From the NCBI GenBank assembly GCA_051748045.1, contig JBNJGY010000023.1, positions 1 through 30,654 on the forward strand: a DNA stretch of 30,654 nucleotides, read 5' to 3'. Positions within the stretch are counted from its first letter, which is position 1; each line of letters opens with the position of its first letter. This DNA comes from Thermotogota bacterium (GTDB lineage: Bacteria; Thermotogota; Thermotogae; Petrotogales; Petrotogaceae). Under the pieces are notes generated by a model that was not told the DNA's origin, did no database searches, and worked only from the letters and a program-made list of their open reading frames with translations. The translations under genes were made by a program, and so were the position numbers. Positions 17,734 to 26,737 of this stretch are shown here, piece after piece.

Positions 17734-19695
17734 TTATCTTAAATATTTATCCATCCATTGAGTTATTTCTTTTAACCTTCTAATTCTATGTTTAGGTTTT
17801 CCGCTTCTACTCAATTCATGATTTTCTCCGTTAAAAAGAACAAATCTAGCCTCTACCCCAAACATTTTTAAAGCTGTAAACATTTGATACCCTTCAGCTT
17901 TATAACATCTATAATCCTCGTCACCGTGTATAAATAAAGTAGGTGTTTTCGCCTTGTTTGCATATTTCAACGGTGATTGTTCCCAAAGACCTTCTAAATC
18001 TGTCCAAGCATTTCCATTTTGTTGATCTTGCACAAAATAATACCCAATATCAGTAACCATAGATTTTGATATCCAATTAGAAATACTTCTTTGAGAAGCT
18101 GCTGCTTTAAATCTATGAGTGTTACCAATTATCCAGTTGGTCATAAACCCACCGTAAGAACCACCAGTAACTCCCATTTTATCTTCATTTATAAAATCAT
18201 ATCTTTTGATTGCTTCATCAACAAATTCCATAATATCTCTATAATCTTCTTTTCCAAATTTACCTCTTATATCCATAAATTCATTGTCTTTCCCATCACT
18301 ACCTCTAGGATTACAGAAGATGACAGCATAGCCTTGGTTAGCCCAATATTGCATTTCATGGTAATAAATATCACCATAGACTGTTTTAGGCCCTCCATGG
18401 ATGTTTAAAATAGTAGGGAAGGATTTGCCCTCCTCGTAATTAGTTGGCTTCATTACCCAACCATCTATTTCTACTCCATCAGAATTTTTAAAAGCAAAAT
18501 GTTCTGGATTAGATAGATCCTTTTCTTCAACTAACCAATCATTGAAAGAAGTTATTTTCTTTTCAGAACCATTTATAAAAGAATAAATTTCAGGTATTCT
18601 AAGACCTCTAAAACCTATGAAATAAATTCCATTTTTTGAAATATCGAACATATCTACTGTTCCATCATTTTTAATTACCTCTTCAATATTCCCATTTTCA
18701 TCTACGCTGTATAAAAAGCTATCTTTTATTCTTGTGGATGCGAAATACAATTTATTTTCAAATACTTCTTGACCTTTTCCTCCACCTAATCTGGCGTCAG
18801 ACCCAACTGAATTCCATAAAGAATTTTCAAAGTCAGGAGTAATGCATTCATATGATTTATCGTTTAAATTTAATGTATAAAACTTCCTATTTTCATTTAA
18901 TCCATATTTTTTCATGTCAGAAGCAGTAAAAATAAGCTTAGTATCATTTAAAACATGCATAGATGATATACTTAATTTTTCTGTTTCATCTAATAAAACT
19001 TCTGCTTTATTATCTTTCAAATTATATTTAACTATAGAAGCATAATGTTCCATCATATCTTTGTAAGTATTAGTTATGAAATATATGTTATCACCGTTGA
19101 TTTTTATATTTCCAGCATTTGTAAGCTCATTCACTATAGGTTCCAGTTTATCTTCTTTCATATCATAAATATAAAGTCTATTTCTTACTTTAGATGTAAA
19201 ACCTTGTCCATTAAACCAAAAAGGTATTTCATCAAAAACATGATAATCTTTTTCTTCTTTTCTATCTTCTTCTGGAATACTTTCTAAATATCCATCATAC
19301 TTTATTATCATGGCGAATTTATCTTTATTAATCATCTTACATGAGCTAACAGTTTTTTCTATTTCAAATTTCTTTTGTGCTTCTCCACCGTTTATGTTTA
19401 TTGTATAAAAGACAGTTTTTGGTTTTTCATTTTCTTTGTTATCTTTTTTCTCTTCTCTATTTGAAGTAAATAGAATTGTTTCATCATCATACCAAATATA
19501 ACTACCGTCTTTACCATTATTTGTAAGTTTATAAGTTTTTTCTGTTTTCAAGTTATGAACCCATAAGAATTTTTTGTAATTATTATCTTCTAAATCTGTT
19601 TCAGTCTGGACAAAACAAAGTTTTTCCCCATCTGGAGAAAATTTTAAATCTGAAAGGTACTTGAAATCAATAAAATCTTCTAATTTTAATTGCAT
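17734..19695 (-). CDS. S9 family peptidase (acylaminoacyl/dipeptidyl peptidase, YuxL-like)
   Basis: Beta-propeller N-terminus (FSPDG), IHGGP, NPRGS, GGSYGG Ser, HGDEDYRC Asp, GENHEL His. Confidence 0.95.
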   Translation of the reverse strand: MQLKLEDFIDFKYLSDLKFSPDGEKLCFVQTETDLEDNNYKKFLWVHNLKTEKTYKLTNNGKDGSYIWYDDETILFTSNREEKKDNKENEKPKTVFYTININGGEAQKKFEIEKTVSSCKMINKDKFAMIIKYDGYLESIPEEDRKEEKDYHVFDEIPFWFNGQGFTSKVRNRLYIYDMKEDKLEPIVNELTNAGNIKINGDNIYFITNTYKDMMEHYASIVKYNLKDNKAEVLLDETEKLSISSMHVLNDTKLIFTASDMKKYGLNENRKFYTLNLNDKSYECITPDFENSLWNSVGSDARLGGGKGQEVFENKLYFASTRIKDSFLYSVDENGNIEEVIKNDGTVDMFDISKNGIYFIGFRGLRIPEIYSFINGSEKKITSFNDWLVEEKDLSNPEHFAFKNSDGVEIDGWVMKPTNYEEGKSFPTILNIHGGPKTVYGDIYYHEMQYWANQGYAVIFCNPRGSDGKDNEFMDIRGKFGKEDYRDIMEFVDEAIKRYDFINEDKMGVTGGSYGGFMTNWIIGNTHRFKAAASQRSISNWISKSMVTDIGYYFVQDQQNGNAWTDLEGLWEQSPLKYANKAKTPTLFIHGDEDYRCYKAEGYQMFTALKMFGVEARFVLFNGENHELSRSGKPKHRIRRLKEITQWMDKYLR

Positions 19696-19907
19696 AATAT
19701 CTCCTCCTAAAAAGATTAGTCTTACTAACTATTATAACATAAATAAATTTAATATTTTAAGAAAAGAGAATTATTTAATCAAGTGATATGTTTATTCTAT
19801 AGAAATATAATAACCGTTTTTTTACCTTTTATTTACTTATATATTTTATAATTTTAATGTTTAAGGTATAAATTATAATAGAAGAGTAAAACTAGGGGGA
19901 TTTTATT

Positions 19908-20063
19908 ATGGACAATCTATCGATTTTTGTAATAATTTTTTTGATATTTTTAATTATATTAACAGCTTTTAAATTATATAGAGAAATAAAATATATAAAA
20001 GAAGAGAAAATAAGATCAAAAGAAATATTTGATATGTTTACAGACAAAAATAATAAAAAATAG
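19908..20063 (+). CDS. Small single-TM protein, 51 aa (absent from ORF track)
   Basis: TATAAT at 19874-79, AGGGGG RBS, MDNLSIFVIIFLIFLIILTAFKLYREIKYIKEEKIRSKEIFDMFTDKNNKK*, terminator immediately after the stop. Confidence 0.65.
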   Translation: MDNLSIFVIIFLIFLIILTAFKLYREIKYIKEEKIRSKEIFDMFTDKNNKK

Positions 20064-20066
20064 CAC

Positions 20067-20102
20067 AAAAAAACGGAATGCATTAAGCATTCCGTTTTAT
20101 TT
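20067..20102. terminator. Bidirectional terminator for the tRNA operon and small ORF
   Basis: AAAACGGAATGC-attaa-GCATTCCGTTTT. Confidence 0.88.
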
Positions 20103-20103
20103 A

Positions 20104-20180
20104 TGGTAGCGAGGAAGGGATTCGAACCCCCGACAATGCGGGTATGAACCGCATGCTCTAGCCAACTGAGCTACCTCGCC
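20104..20180 (-). tRNA. tRNA-Met (CAT), elongator type
   Basis: GGCGAGG acceptor, TAGCTCAGTTGG D arm, TGCGG-TTCATAC-CCGCA anticodon arm, GGTTCGAATCC, encoded CCA. Ile2 is not fully excluded. Confidence 0.93.
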
Positions 20181-20204
20181 AAATATAAAATAACATAAAA
20201 AAAA

Positions 20205-20281
<77 letters not shown>

Positions 20282-20311
20282 CCAAGTAATGGTACAATAA
20301 AAAGGAATTCA

Positions 20312-20400
20312 TGGTGCCGAGGGTCGGACTCGAACCGACACGAGCACAAAAGCCCAATGGATTTTAAGTCCACAGCGTCTACCAATTCCGCCACCCCGGC
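20312..20400 (-). tRNA. tRNA-Leu (TAA)
   Basis: GCCGGGG acceptor, GGCGGAATTGGTAGACGC D arm, GTGGA-CTTAAAA-TCCAT, long variable arm, encoded CCA. Confidence 0.96.
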
Positions 20401-20424
20401 AGGCACTCATTCATTCCGTAAAGA

Positions 20425-20453
20425 ATTCTATCATAAATATAAAATGTTGTCAA
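20425..20453 (-). promoter_or_regulatory. sigma70 promoter of the tRNA operon
   Basis: TTGACA-17 nt-TAGAAT with TGn extension. Confidence 0.85.
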
Positions 20454-20525
20454 GAGTTTTATGTTAATTTAAGATATCCTTTTGATGAAAAGAGAGTTTT
20501 AGAAATTTTTATTATTTTGAAACTC

Positions 20526-20747
20526 TTAAAAACAATTCCGAAATATAAAAACTCAAAGTAGGTCATATGGTAGAAATTATTACATAATTTCTGTTGAAGG
20601 TTTATGGTTGGAAGTTGGAAGAAAAGAAATCAAAGATTTCTGTTTTTAGATGCTGGTTGTTAGTTGTTAGAAAAAAGCAGTTTTTAAAAATGTAGTAAAC
20701 CAAAAACAAACAACAATCAACTAACAACAAAAATGCAAAGCATTTTT
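20526..20747 (+). repeat. Modular intergenic repeat element: copy 2 of the dispersed repeat plus heptamer tracts and hairpins
   Basis: 20534..20621 is the reverse complement of 1..88; then AGAAATC-aaa-GATTTCT, inverted pair GTTGTTAGTTG (20656-66) / CAACTAACAAC (20718-28), and AAAAATGC-aaa-GCATTTTT. Confidence 0.85.
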
Positions 20748-20787
20748 CTGTGTTATAATAGATTAAAAAAGAATTTGGAGGTTTTTT

Positions 20788-23211
20788 ATGAAAAAATTTA
20801 TTTTAATTACAACTTTTATTTTTATTACGCTTACTTTTTTATCTGGACCAATTTATCAACCACCTAAAAATTTAAAGCAATATTCAAATGAATATTTTAC
20901 TTTTATCTATGAAGAAGATTTATCCTATTTAATAACACAGTTAGATAATTTTTCTCTTGAACTATATAATGATTACTCTGAATTTTATGAAACAGAGATA
21001 GATAATATTCAGGTTTTTATTCTTGATGATGTTGACTATGTGAATGGTTTTGCTTTAAATATGAGAAACCAGATGAGGCTTTATATTAACAGTCCTTTGG
21101 ATTATTTAGGGCTTGGTGATAATCCAAACGAATGGATCAAATTTGTTTTTTCTCATGAGTTAAATCATATTTTCTATGGCAACACAGTTACAGACCCCTT
21201 GATAAATTGGATTCCTTCCAAAACTATTAAGAAATCTTTGAATATGATAAATCAACCTAGTTCTCTTCATGAAGGGTTATCAATTTTCATGGAAAGTAAA
21301 TACTTTGAAGGTAGATTTACAGATGATCTTTTCAATACATATTTAACAGCAGAAATATTATCAAATAAATACCCCAGATATTTTTATGGTGGAGGAGCCC
21401 CAATCTCGATTTGGTCTCCAGCTGGTTTTAACTATATGTACGGAACATTAATTGTTAAAAAAATCGATGAATACTATGGGAAAGATGTATTAAAAGACTT
21501 TATTTTTGAAATAAATTCCTCATCTTTCACGGATATTTCGGAAGCATTTTTAATAACAACAGGATATAAGTTCGAAGAATTTTTATTCAAAATAAAAGAT
21601 GAGTATTCTGAAAGAAAAAAAGAATTACTATCAAAAGGCTATACGAATGACTATAAAACATTTGATAAGTCTTTCCAAAGCACAGGCAATATAAGAACTG
21701 ATGGAAAAGATATATACTATTACAAAGAAAGTCCAGATAACAAATTTGGAGTTTATAAAAATGATGAACTTATAAAAACAGGAGTATCGAAATTTGACAT
21801 AAATACACAAGGAGAATTAGTTTACAGACTTTCACACAATAACAATAACGAACAAAGCTATAGTTTATACCATTTATGTGATTGTGATTTCAAAGATACT
21901 TTTTTGGACAACAGGGTTGTTGAATTTGCTTATGTAAATGATAAAAAAGTTGTTTATTCCAAAGTTGAAAAAGGATTAACTGGTGTTTTCTTGTTTGATT
22001 TAAAAACAAATACAAAAACTAAACTAATTGATTATAAAAACATTACTCTAAGTTCATTTGAAGGGGACGGGAAAAACTTTTATTTTACTATGAATCAAAA
22101 TTCCCAGACTGATATTTTTTATTACAATATCAATTCAAAAAAAATATCTCAGATTACTGATGATGAACATAAAGAACGAGATTTATTTGTTAATGATAAA
22201 AAACTATATTATTCAGCAAATTATGAAGATAATTTATACAATATATATTCATTAGATTTAGAAACTCAAGAGATTAATCAAATAACAAAAAATTACCCTG
22301 GCGTATTTAACCCCGTAATTATTAATAATAATATTTATTATTTGTTATATGATTCAGAAGGATACCATTTATCTTCAAAAAACATAACTAATAAAGCTAA
22401 TCATTATAAATATACGAAAAATAAAGAGTTTTATTTTAAAAAATCTCCTGAATTCACAGATTTTGAGTATGACAAAAACTATTTTGAATCACCTATGTTT
22501 ATTCCCGCAGTAAATGTGGTTTTAAAAGAAAACCAATTTTACTTTGGACCTGATATATTGTTTATAGGAGAAGCTGTTAATTACACTGGAGAAATAGGAT
22601 TTTATCATAATTTTGTAGATGATTTTGTTATTAATTCATATATAGAATTTGATTATTATTATAAAAATAAACTTTTTTTAAACTATCAAGATAATAACTT
22701 AATATATGGGTATTCTTTTAATTCAAATAATCAATTTAACCTAAAAAATAAAAATACAATAAATTATGGAGCTCAAATTTCTTTTATAAATACTAATTTT
22801 CAAGCAATTCAATTAAACAGTGTTATAGGAAACAAACCTTTTAGAAATAAATATCATTCTGGATATAATAATATTTTTGATTTACAGTACATTCAATATA
22901 CAGATGATTTTAATTTTTTAGTTGGTTATTCAAAAGATTTAATTTTTAATAGATTAAAATTAACTCCGACTATTTCATATTACAAAAATGATTCTTATGA
23001 TGTTCAGACAAGTTTAAAGATGAAATATGATTTATGGAAACCTCATTATGCCTTAAAAGACGGTAAATATAGATTTGACGGAATAGATGTTGGCGCTGGA
23101 GTTTCTTACAATATAATGGAAGAACAAATCAAATACAACATATCATTAAATGCAGAATTCGCTATTTTTTACTGGATTCCTTTAGAAATTCCTTTAGAAT
23201 ATACTTTTTAA
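20788..23211 (+). CDS. Exported HExxH metallopeptidase-like protein with TolB-like beta-propeller and possible C-terminal beta-barrel
   Basis: Signal peptide; VNGFA, SHELNH, LHEGL gluzincin-like motifs; TDIFYY..QITD and YNIYSLDL..QIT propeller repeats; aromatic-rich C-terminus ending YTF; TGTTATAAT and GGAGG upstream. Confidence 0.7.
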   Translation: MKKFILITTFIFITLTFLSGPIYQPPKNLKQYSNEYFTFIYEEDLSYLITQLDNFSLELYNDYSEFYETEIDNIQVFILDDVDYVNGFALNMRNQMRLYINSPLDYLGLGDNPNEWIKFVFSHELNHIFYGNTVTDPLINWIPSKTIKKSLNMINQPSSLHEGLSIFMESKYFEGRFTDDLFNTYLTAEILSNKYPRYFYGGGAPISIWSPAGFNYMYGTLIVKKIDEYYGKDVLKDFIFEINSSSFTDISEAFLITTGYKFEEFLFKIKDEYSERKKELLSKGYTNDYKTFDKSFQSTGNIRTDGKDIYYYKESPDNKFGVYKNDELIKTGVSKFDINTQGELVYRLSHNNNNEQSYSLYHLCDCDFKDTFLDNRVVEFAYVNDKKVVYSKVEKGLTGVFLFDLKTNTKTKLIDYKNITLSSFEGDGKNFYFTMNQNSQTDIFYYNINSKKISQITDDEHKERDLFVNDKKLYYSANYEDNLYNIYSLDLETQEINQITKNYPGVFNPVIINNNIYYLLYDSEGYHLSSKNITNKANHYKYTKNKEFYFKKSPEFTDFEYDKNYFESPMFIPAVNVVLKENQFYFGPDILFIGEAVNYTGEIGFYHNFVDDFVINSYIEFDYYYKNKLFLNYQDNNLIYGYSFNSNNQFNLKNKNTINYGAQISFINTNFQAIQLNSVIGNKPFRNKYHSGYNNIFDLQYIQYTDDFNFLVGYSKDLIFNRLKLTPTISYYKNDSYDVQTSLKMKYDLWKPHYALKDGKYRFDGIDVGAGVSYNIMEEQIKYNISLNAEFAIFYWIPLEIPLEYTF

Positions 23212-23247
23212 AAAAAATCTGACTGATTATAAATCAGTCAGATTTTT
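23211..23247. terminator. Bidirectional terminator overlapping the MMPL stop codon
   Basis: AAAAATCTGACTGATT-ata-AATCAGTCAGATTTTT. Confidence 0.85.
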
Positions 23248-25654
23248 CATCATTTTTATTTATTTTTCTATTCCATTTTCCAATTATATCATTCTTTCTA
23301 AAAGCTGGAATCATAAGCACTGTAAATATCCAAGTTAATCCTATAGATAAAATCATATTTAAAGAAAACTCTTTCAATAAATCTCCTCTTGAAATCTGAA
23401 AACTAGCAAAAGTTAGTATAGATGTTAAAAATGAAAGAGTAACTGATTTCAATGTATGCCAATAATGTACTTTATCTTCATCAATAGCATGGAATATATG
23501 AATGTAACCGTCTACCCCAATACCAAATATCAAAGGAAATGTCAGCATGGTTACAAATGTAGCTTGAATTCCTAAAAAATAGCCTATTCCAAAAGCTGCC
23601 ATGGAAGAAGCAAAAAGACCAATAAAGGCTTCTAAAGCTTCTAAAAGGTTTTTTCTTGAAATATATGTCAACAAAAATATAAAAGTAAATGATAGAGTCA
23701 TTGGGAGAATAAACCTTTTTTGCACTACACTCATTATTCTATACATTGCTTTTGGGTAACCTGCAATTCTATCTGACTTTTCGTCTAATGCTTCGAAAAA
23801 AGTTTTTAGTCCATTGTTTGACCATATATCCATCGAACTATTAATCTCTAAAACCATATACTTTTTGTTGTCTTTCTCAAAGAAAAAATTACTTTTTAGA
23901 TTATCTGGTAAAACTTCTAATATATTAAGTGTAAATTGATACAAATCATTTGATTTTGAAGCAATGTCAACTATTCTAATACTCTCTGAATATAAATTAT
24001 ATTTTTTCAATAGAGAAACAACAACTGGGTTTTTTAATGTTTCAGATAATCCTCCAATTTGAGTTTTTAAATCACTAAAATTTCCAATTTGATTTTCTAT
24101 TATTTCAGGTAAACTTTCTACAGTGTCTATAACTCCTAAAGACAACAATTCAGCTGCTACCTCATCTGGATCTTCATCAATCCTTATGATATATTTCATC
24201 GAATTAAATGTATCAGTTCCAAAGTGATTTGAAATATCCTGTCCAACTTTTATAGGTGGAGAGTCTTCAGAAATCATTCCTGGTGGTGTATAAGAAAAAT
24301 CCAATACATTTATTATTCCAAAAGACACAAAAAATATTGTTACTGGAATAATTAACCACCTAATAATCAAGCCATTTTTGGGTATAAGATATCCAAGTTT
24401 TTTGAATAATCTATTAACATGTATAACTAAATTACCGATTTTTATCTTTGATCTTACTGTATACATGAAAGCTGGAATAAAAAACAACATAATTAGGAAA
24501 AATATAACAAGCCCAAAAGAACTCATTATAGCCATTTCTGTAAAAGCTGGTAATCTCATTAGCATAAGAGTTAAAAAAACTATCACAGTTGTTATAACTC
24601 CAAATAAAAGAGGAATAAAACTAGTTTCGTACGTAGTAGTTAATGCTTCTGAAAAATCTTCTTTTTCTTTATATTCACTAACTAACCTAGTTACAATATG
24701 AATCCCATAGTCTATACCAAGACCAAGAGTTATAGCAGTAACAAAAGAAGTAATAATATTTAATTGCCCAAAAAATATTTGCGCAACTCCTAAAGTTAAA
24801 ATCATAGCTATAATCAACCCAGCAAAAACAATTCCTGTTGTAGTTATGCTACCAAAAGCTAATATAAAAACCAATATAATAAGAAAAACTGATATTATTG
24901 TTGTTAAGCTAAAATCTTCTGAAACAGTTTTATTGGCCTCAAAAGATTGAATATAATCGTTCGTTAACCCAGTTTTTATTCCAAATTCATTTGATATTTC
25001 ATCTGTTATATTTTGAACTTTTGGTATCATTTCATTGACAAAATCTATGTTAGTTGGTGGTTCATCAAAAGTTGCACCCATGATCATTATTTTCTGATCA
25101 GGAGAAATTGCATAATAAGATTTTAAAATATTTCTATCTTGATCAGTAGAAAGATCATCTTGTAGTGTATATATTTTTTTTAAAGTATCATTTATATATT
25201 CTATTGTTTGAAAATCGTATGGATTAGCACTTCTAACAGCATCAAGAAGGTCTTCTACACTTTCAGAGATTGAATTTATCACATCAGTATTTCCAATGGA
25301 GACAAATCCAAAAGAAAGTAGAAAAGATAAGTCTGTTTCAGTAAACCCATTAAAAGAATCCATTTCATACATTTCATCATAATATTTCTGAGCTATGTCC
25401 ACAGGATTACTGTTTTCTTCAAGATAAAAAGCTGTTATTAAAATATCATTACCTTGCAACAACTGATTTTCTTCATTCAAAACTTGTATAATATCTGAAT
25501 CTTGAGGGGCTATTTTTAACAAATCAGAATCAATACCTAAATTGGTGGCTAAATAACCAAAAACCGCTGTTAAAATAGCGGTTAATATTAGAATAAATTT
25601 TGAATTTTTTATTACTAAATTAGATAGAAATTCATAAACTTTTCTTTTCTTCAC
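23234..25654 (-). CDS. MMPL/RND family transporter
   Basis: Two repeats of 1 TM + large loop + 5 TM; GLGIDYGIH and GIGVDGYIH motifs; GTG 25654 overlaps upstream TGA and has a GGTGGT RBS (ORF track starts at 25666). Confidence 0.9.
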   Translation of the reverse strand: MKKRKVYEFLSNLVIKNSKFILILTAILTAVFGYLATNLGIDSDLLKIAPQDSDIIQVLNEENQLLQGNDILITAFYLEENSNPVDIAQKYYDEMYEMDSFNGFTETDLSFLLSFGFVSIGNTDVINSISESVEDLLDAVRSANPYDFQTIEYINDTLKKIYTLQDDLSTDQDRNILKSYYAISPDQKIMIMGATFDEPPTNIDFVNEMIPKVQNITDEISNEFGIKTGLTNDYIQSFEANKTVSEDFSLTTIISVFLIILVFILAFGSITTTGIVFAGLIIAMILTLGVAQIFFGQLNIITSFVTAITLGLGIDYGIHIVTRLVSEYKEKEDFSEALTTTYETSFIPLLFGVITTVIVFLTLMLMRLPAFTEMAIMSSFGLVIFFLIMLFFIPAFMYTVRSKIKIGNLVIHVNRLFKKLGYLIPKNGLIIRWLIIPVTIFFVSFGIINVLDFSYTPPGMISEDSPPIKVGQDISNHFGTDTFNSMKYIIRIDEDPDEVAAELLSLGVIDTVESLPEIIENQIGNFSDLKTQIGGLSETLKNPVVVSLLKKYNLYSESIRIVDIASKSNDLYQFTLNILEVLPDNLKSNFFFEKDNKKYMVLEINSSMDIWSNNGLKTFFEALDEKSDRIAGYPKAMYRIMSVVQKRFILPMTLSFTFIFLLTYISRKNLLEALEAFIGLFASSMAAFGIGYFLGIQATFVTMLTFPLIFGIGVDGYIHIFHAIDEDKVHYWHTLKSVTLSFLTSILTFASFQISRGDLLKEFSLNMILSIGLTWIFTVLMIPAFRKNDIIGKWNRKINKNDEKSD

Positions 25655-26046
25655 AAGTACCACCAAATTATTAAGACATCAAAAGCAAGTCCCATTGTAA
25701 AAGAGTAATAATTTTCATATTTTATTTCATAATAACTCTTTAACCCCAAACTCCATAAACTAGCTATTAAAAAAGATAAATCAGAAAACACTCCAAAAAT
25801 CAAAGGCATAGATGCTGCCAACAATAAATAAGAAATATGTTTTTTAGAAAATATAAACCTCAAACCATTACTCAAGTAAGTAAACATCAAAATAAAATAT
25901 ATAAAGTCTAACCCATTAATAACTTGAGGACTAATTAAATAAATAAAAATAATTATTAGGGGTATATAAAAAGATTTTTTGATTTCATTAGATGATTTCA
26001 CGGGCATAAATATTGAATTAAACATCTGAACTAATAATTTATCCAT
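25651..26046 (-). CDS. Small polytopic membrane protein of unknown function
   Basis: About 4-5 hydrophobic segments; tightly coupled to both neighbours; AAGGA RBS. Confidence 0.75.
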   Translation of the reverse strand: MDKLLVQMFNSIFMPVKSSNEIKKSFYIPLIIIFIYLISPQVINGLDFIYFILMFTYLSNGLRFIFSKKHISYLLLAASMPLIFGVFSDLSFLIASLWSLGLKSYYEIKYENYYSFTMGLAFDVLIIWWYL

Positions 26047-26047
26047 T

Positions 26048-26737
26048 TCAATCTTCCTTAAAATTTATTATTTTGAACTCTCTTTGACTCATTATTCCAT
26101 TTTCAGATAAATTTTCAAACAAAAGTTTTACATTTTCTTTTTCTAGTAATTTTTCATCTATAATAACAGATCCATATATGTCTAAATTATCCAAAATATC
26201 TTTGGTAAAACTCCAAGATTTATATTCGTCTTCTTTTAAAAGAAAGTATCGGTTATTAATAAATTCTATTGTTTCAGTATCGTATTCGTTTAGGTCAAGA
26301 ATATATATAGTGGGTTTTAAGAGCATATATATAGAACTTGTTTTTAACTGTTTTAAAGAAAGTCTCAAACCAAAAAATTCAATATAATCTGTTTTTTCCT
26401 TGTAATTATCATCAATAGAAACTATTAAATTCCTATAATCTTCATACATGTTTGGAGTTAAAGGCTCAATTTCTATTTCATTTGAGTTTAGATCTATCTT
26501 CATATTTCCCACAAAATAGTCCAAGTCCATCATACCTGAAGAAAAATATGATAAATTTCTAGTTTTTTCCAATTTATTAGAATATTGGTCAACATCAATA
26601 TTGACCCCCAATTTAAAAATGGGGGTCTTTTCAATTGTATATTTTTCAATTTCTCTTTTTCCAAAACCAAAATATATTATTAGGCTAACTGTCATAAAAA
26701 CAGCAAAAAACATCAAAGCCCAGGCGTGTGCTCTCAA
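26048..26737 (-). CDS. Membrane-anchored hypothetical protein
   Basis: One N-terminal TM then a soluble domain; 4-nt overlap with ctpA stop; GGAG RBS. Confidence 0.75.
   Translation of the reverse strand: MRAHAWALMFFAVFMTVSLIIYFGFGKREIEKYTIEKTPIFKLGVNIDVDQYSNKLEKTRNLSYFSSGMMDLDYFVGNMKIDLNSNEIEIEPLTPNMYEDYRNLIVSIDDNYKEKTDYIEFFGLRLSLKQLKTSSIYMLLKPTIYILDLNEYDTETIEFINNRYFLLKEDEYKSWSFTKDILDNLDIYGSVIIDEKLLEKENVKLLFENLSENGIMSQREFKIINFKED

Noticed and set aside
19892..20083. 63-aa minus-strand ORF
   Set aside because: Starts within the terminator hairpin; the plus-strand 51-aa ORF has promoter, RBS and terminator support instead.
20064..20130. tRNA 3' end as integration site of an island
   Set aside because: No integrase, and I saw no duplicated tRNA 3' fragment in the window.
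20526..20747. Possible CRISPR array or riboswitch
   Set aside because: No regularly spaced identical repeats with unique spacers, no cas genes, and no riboswitch consensus I can recognise.
25562..25583. AACCGCT/AGCGGTT inverted repeat in the MMPL gene
   Set aside because: Short, within coding sequence, no U tract; compatible with chance.
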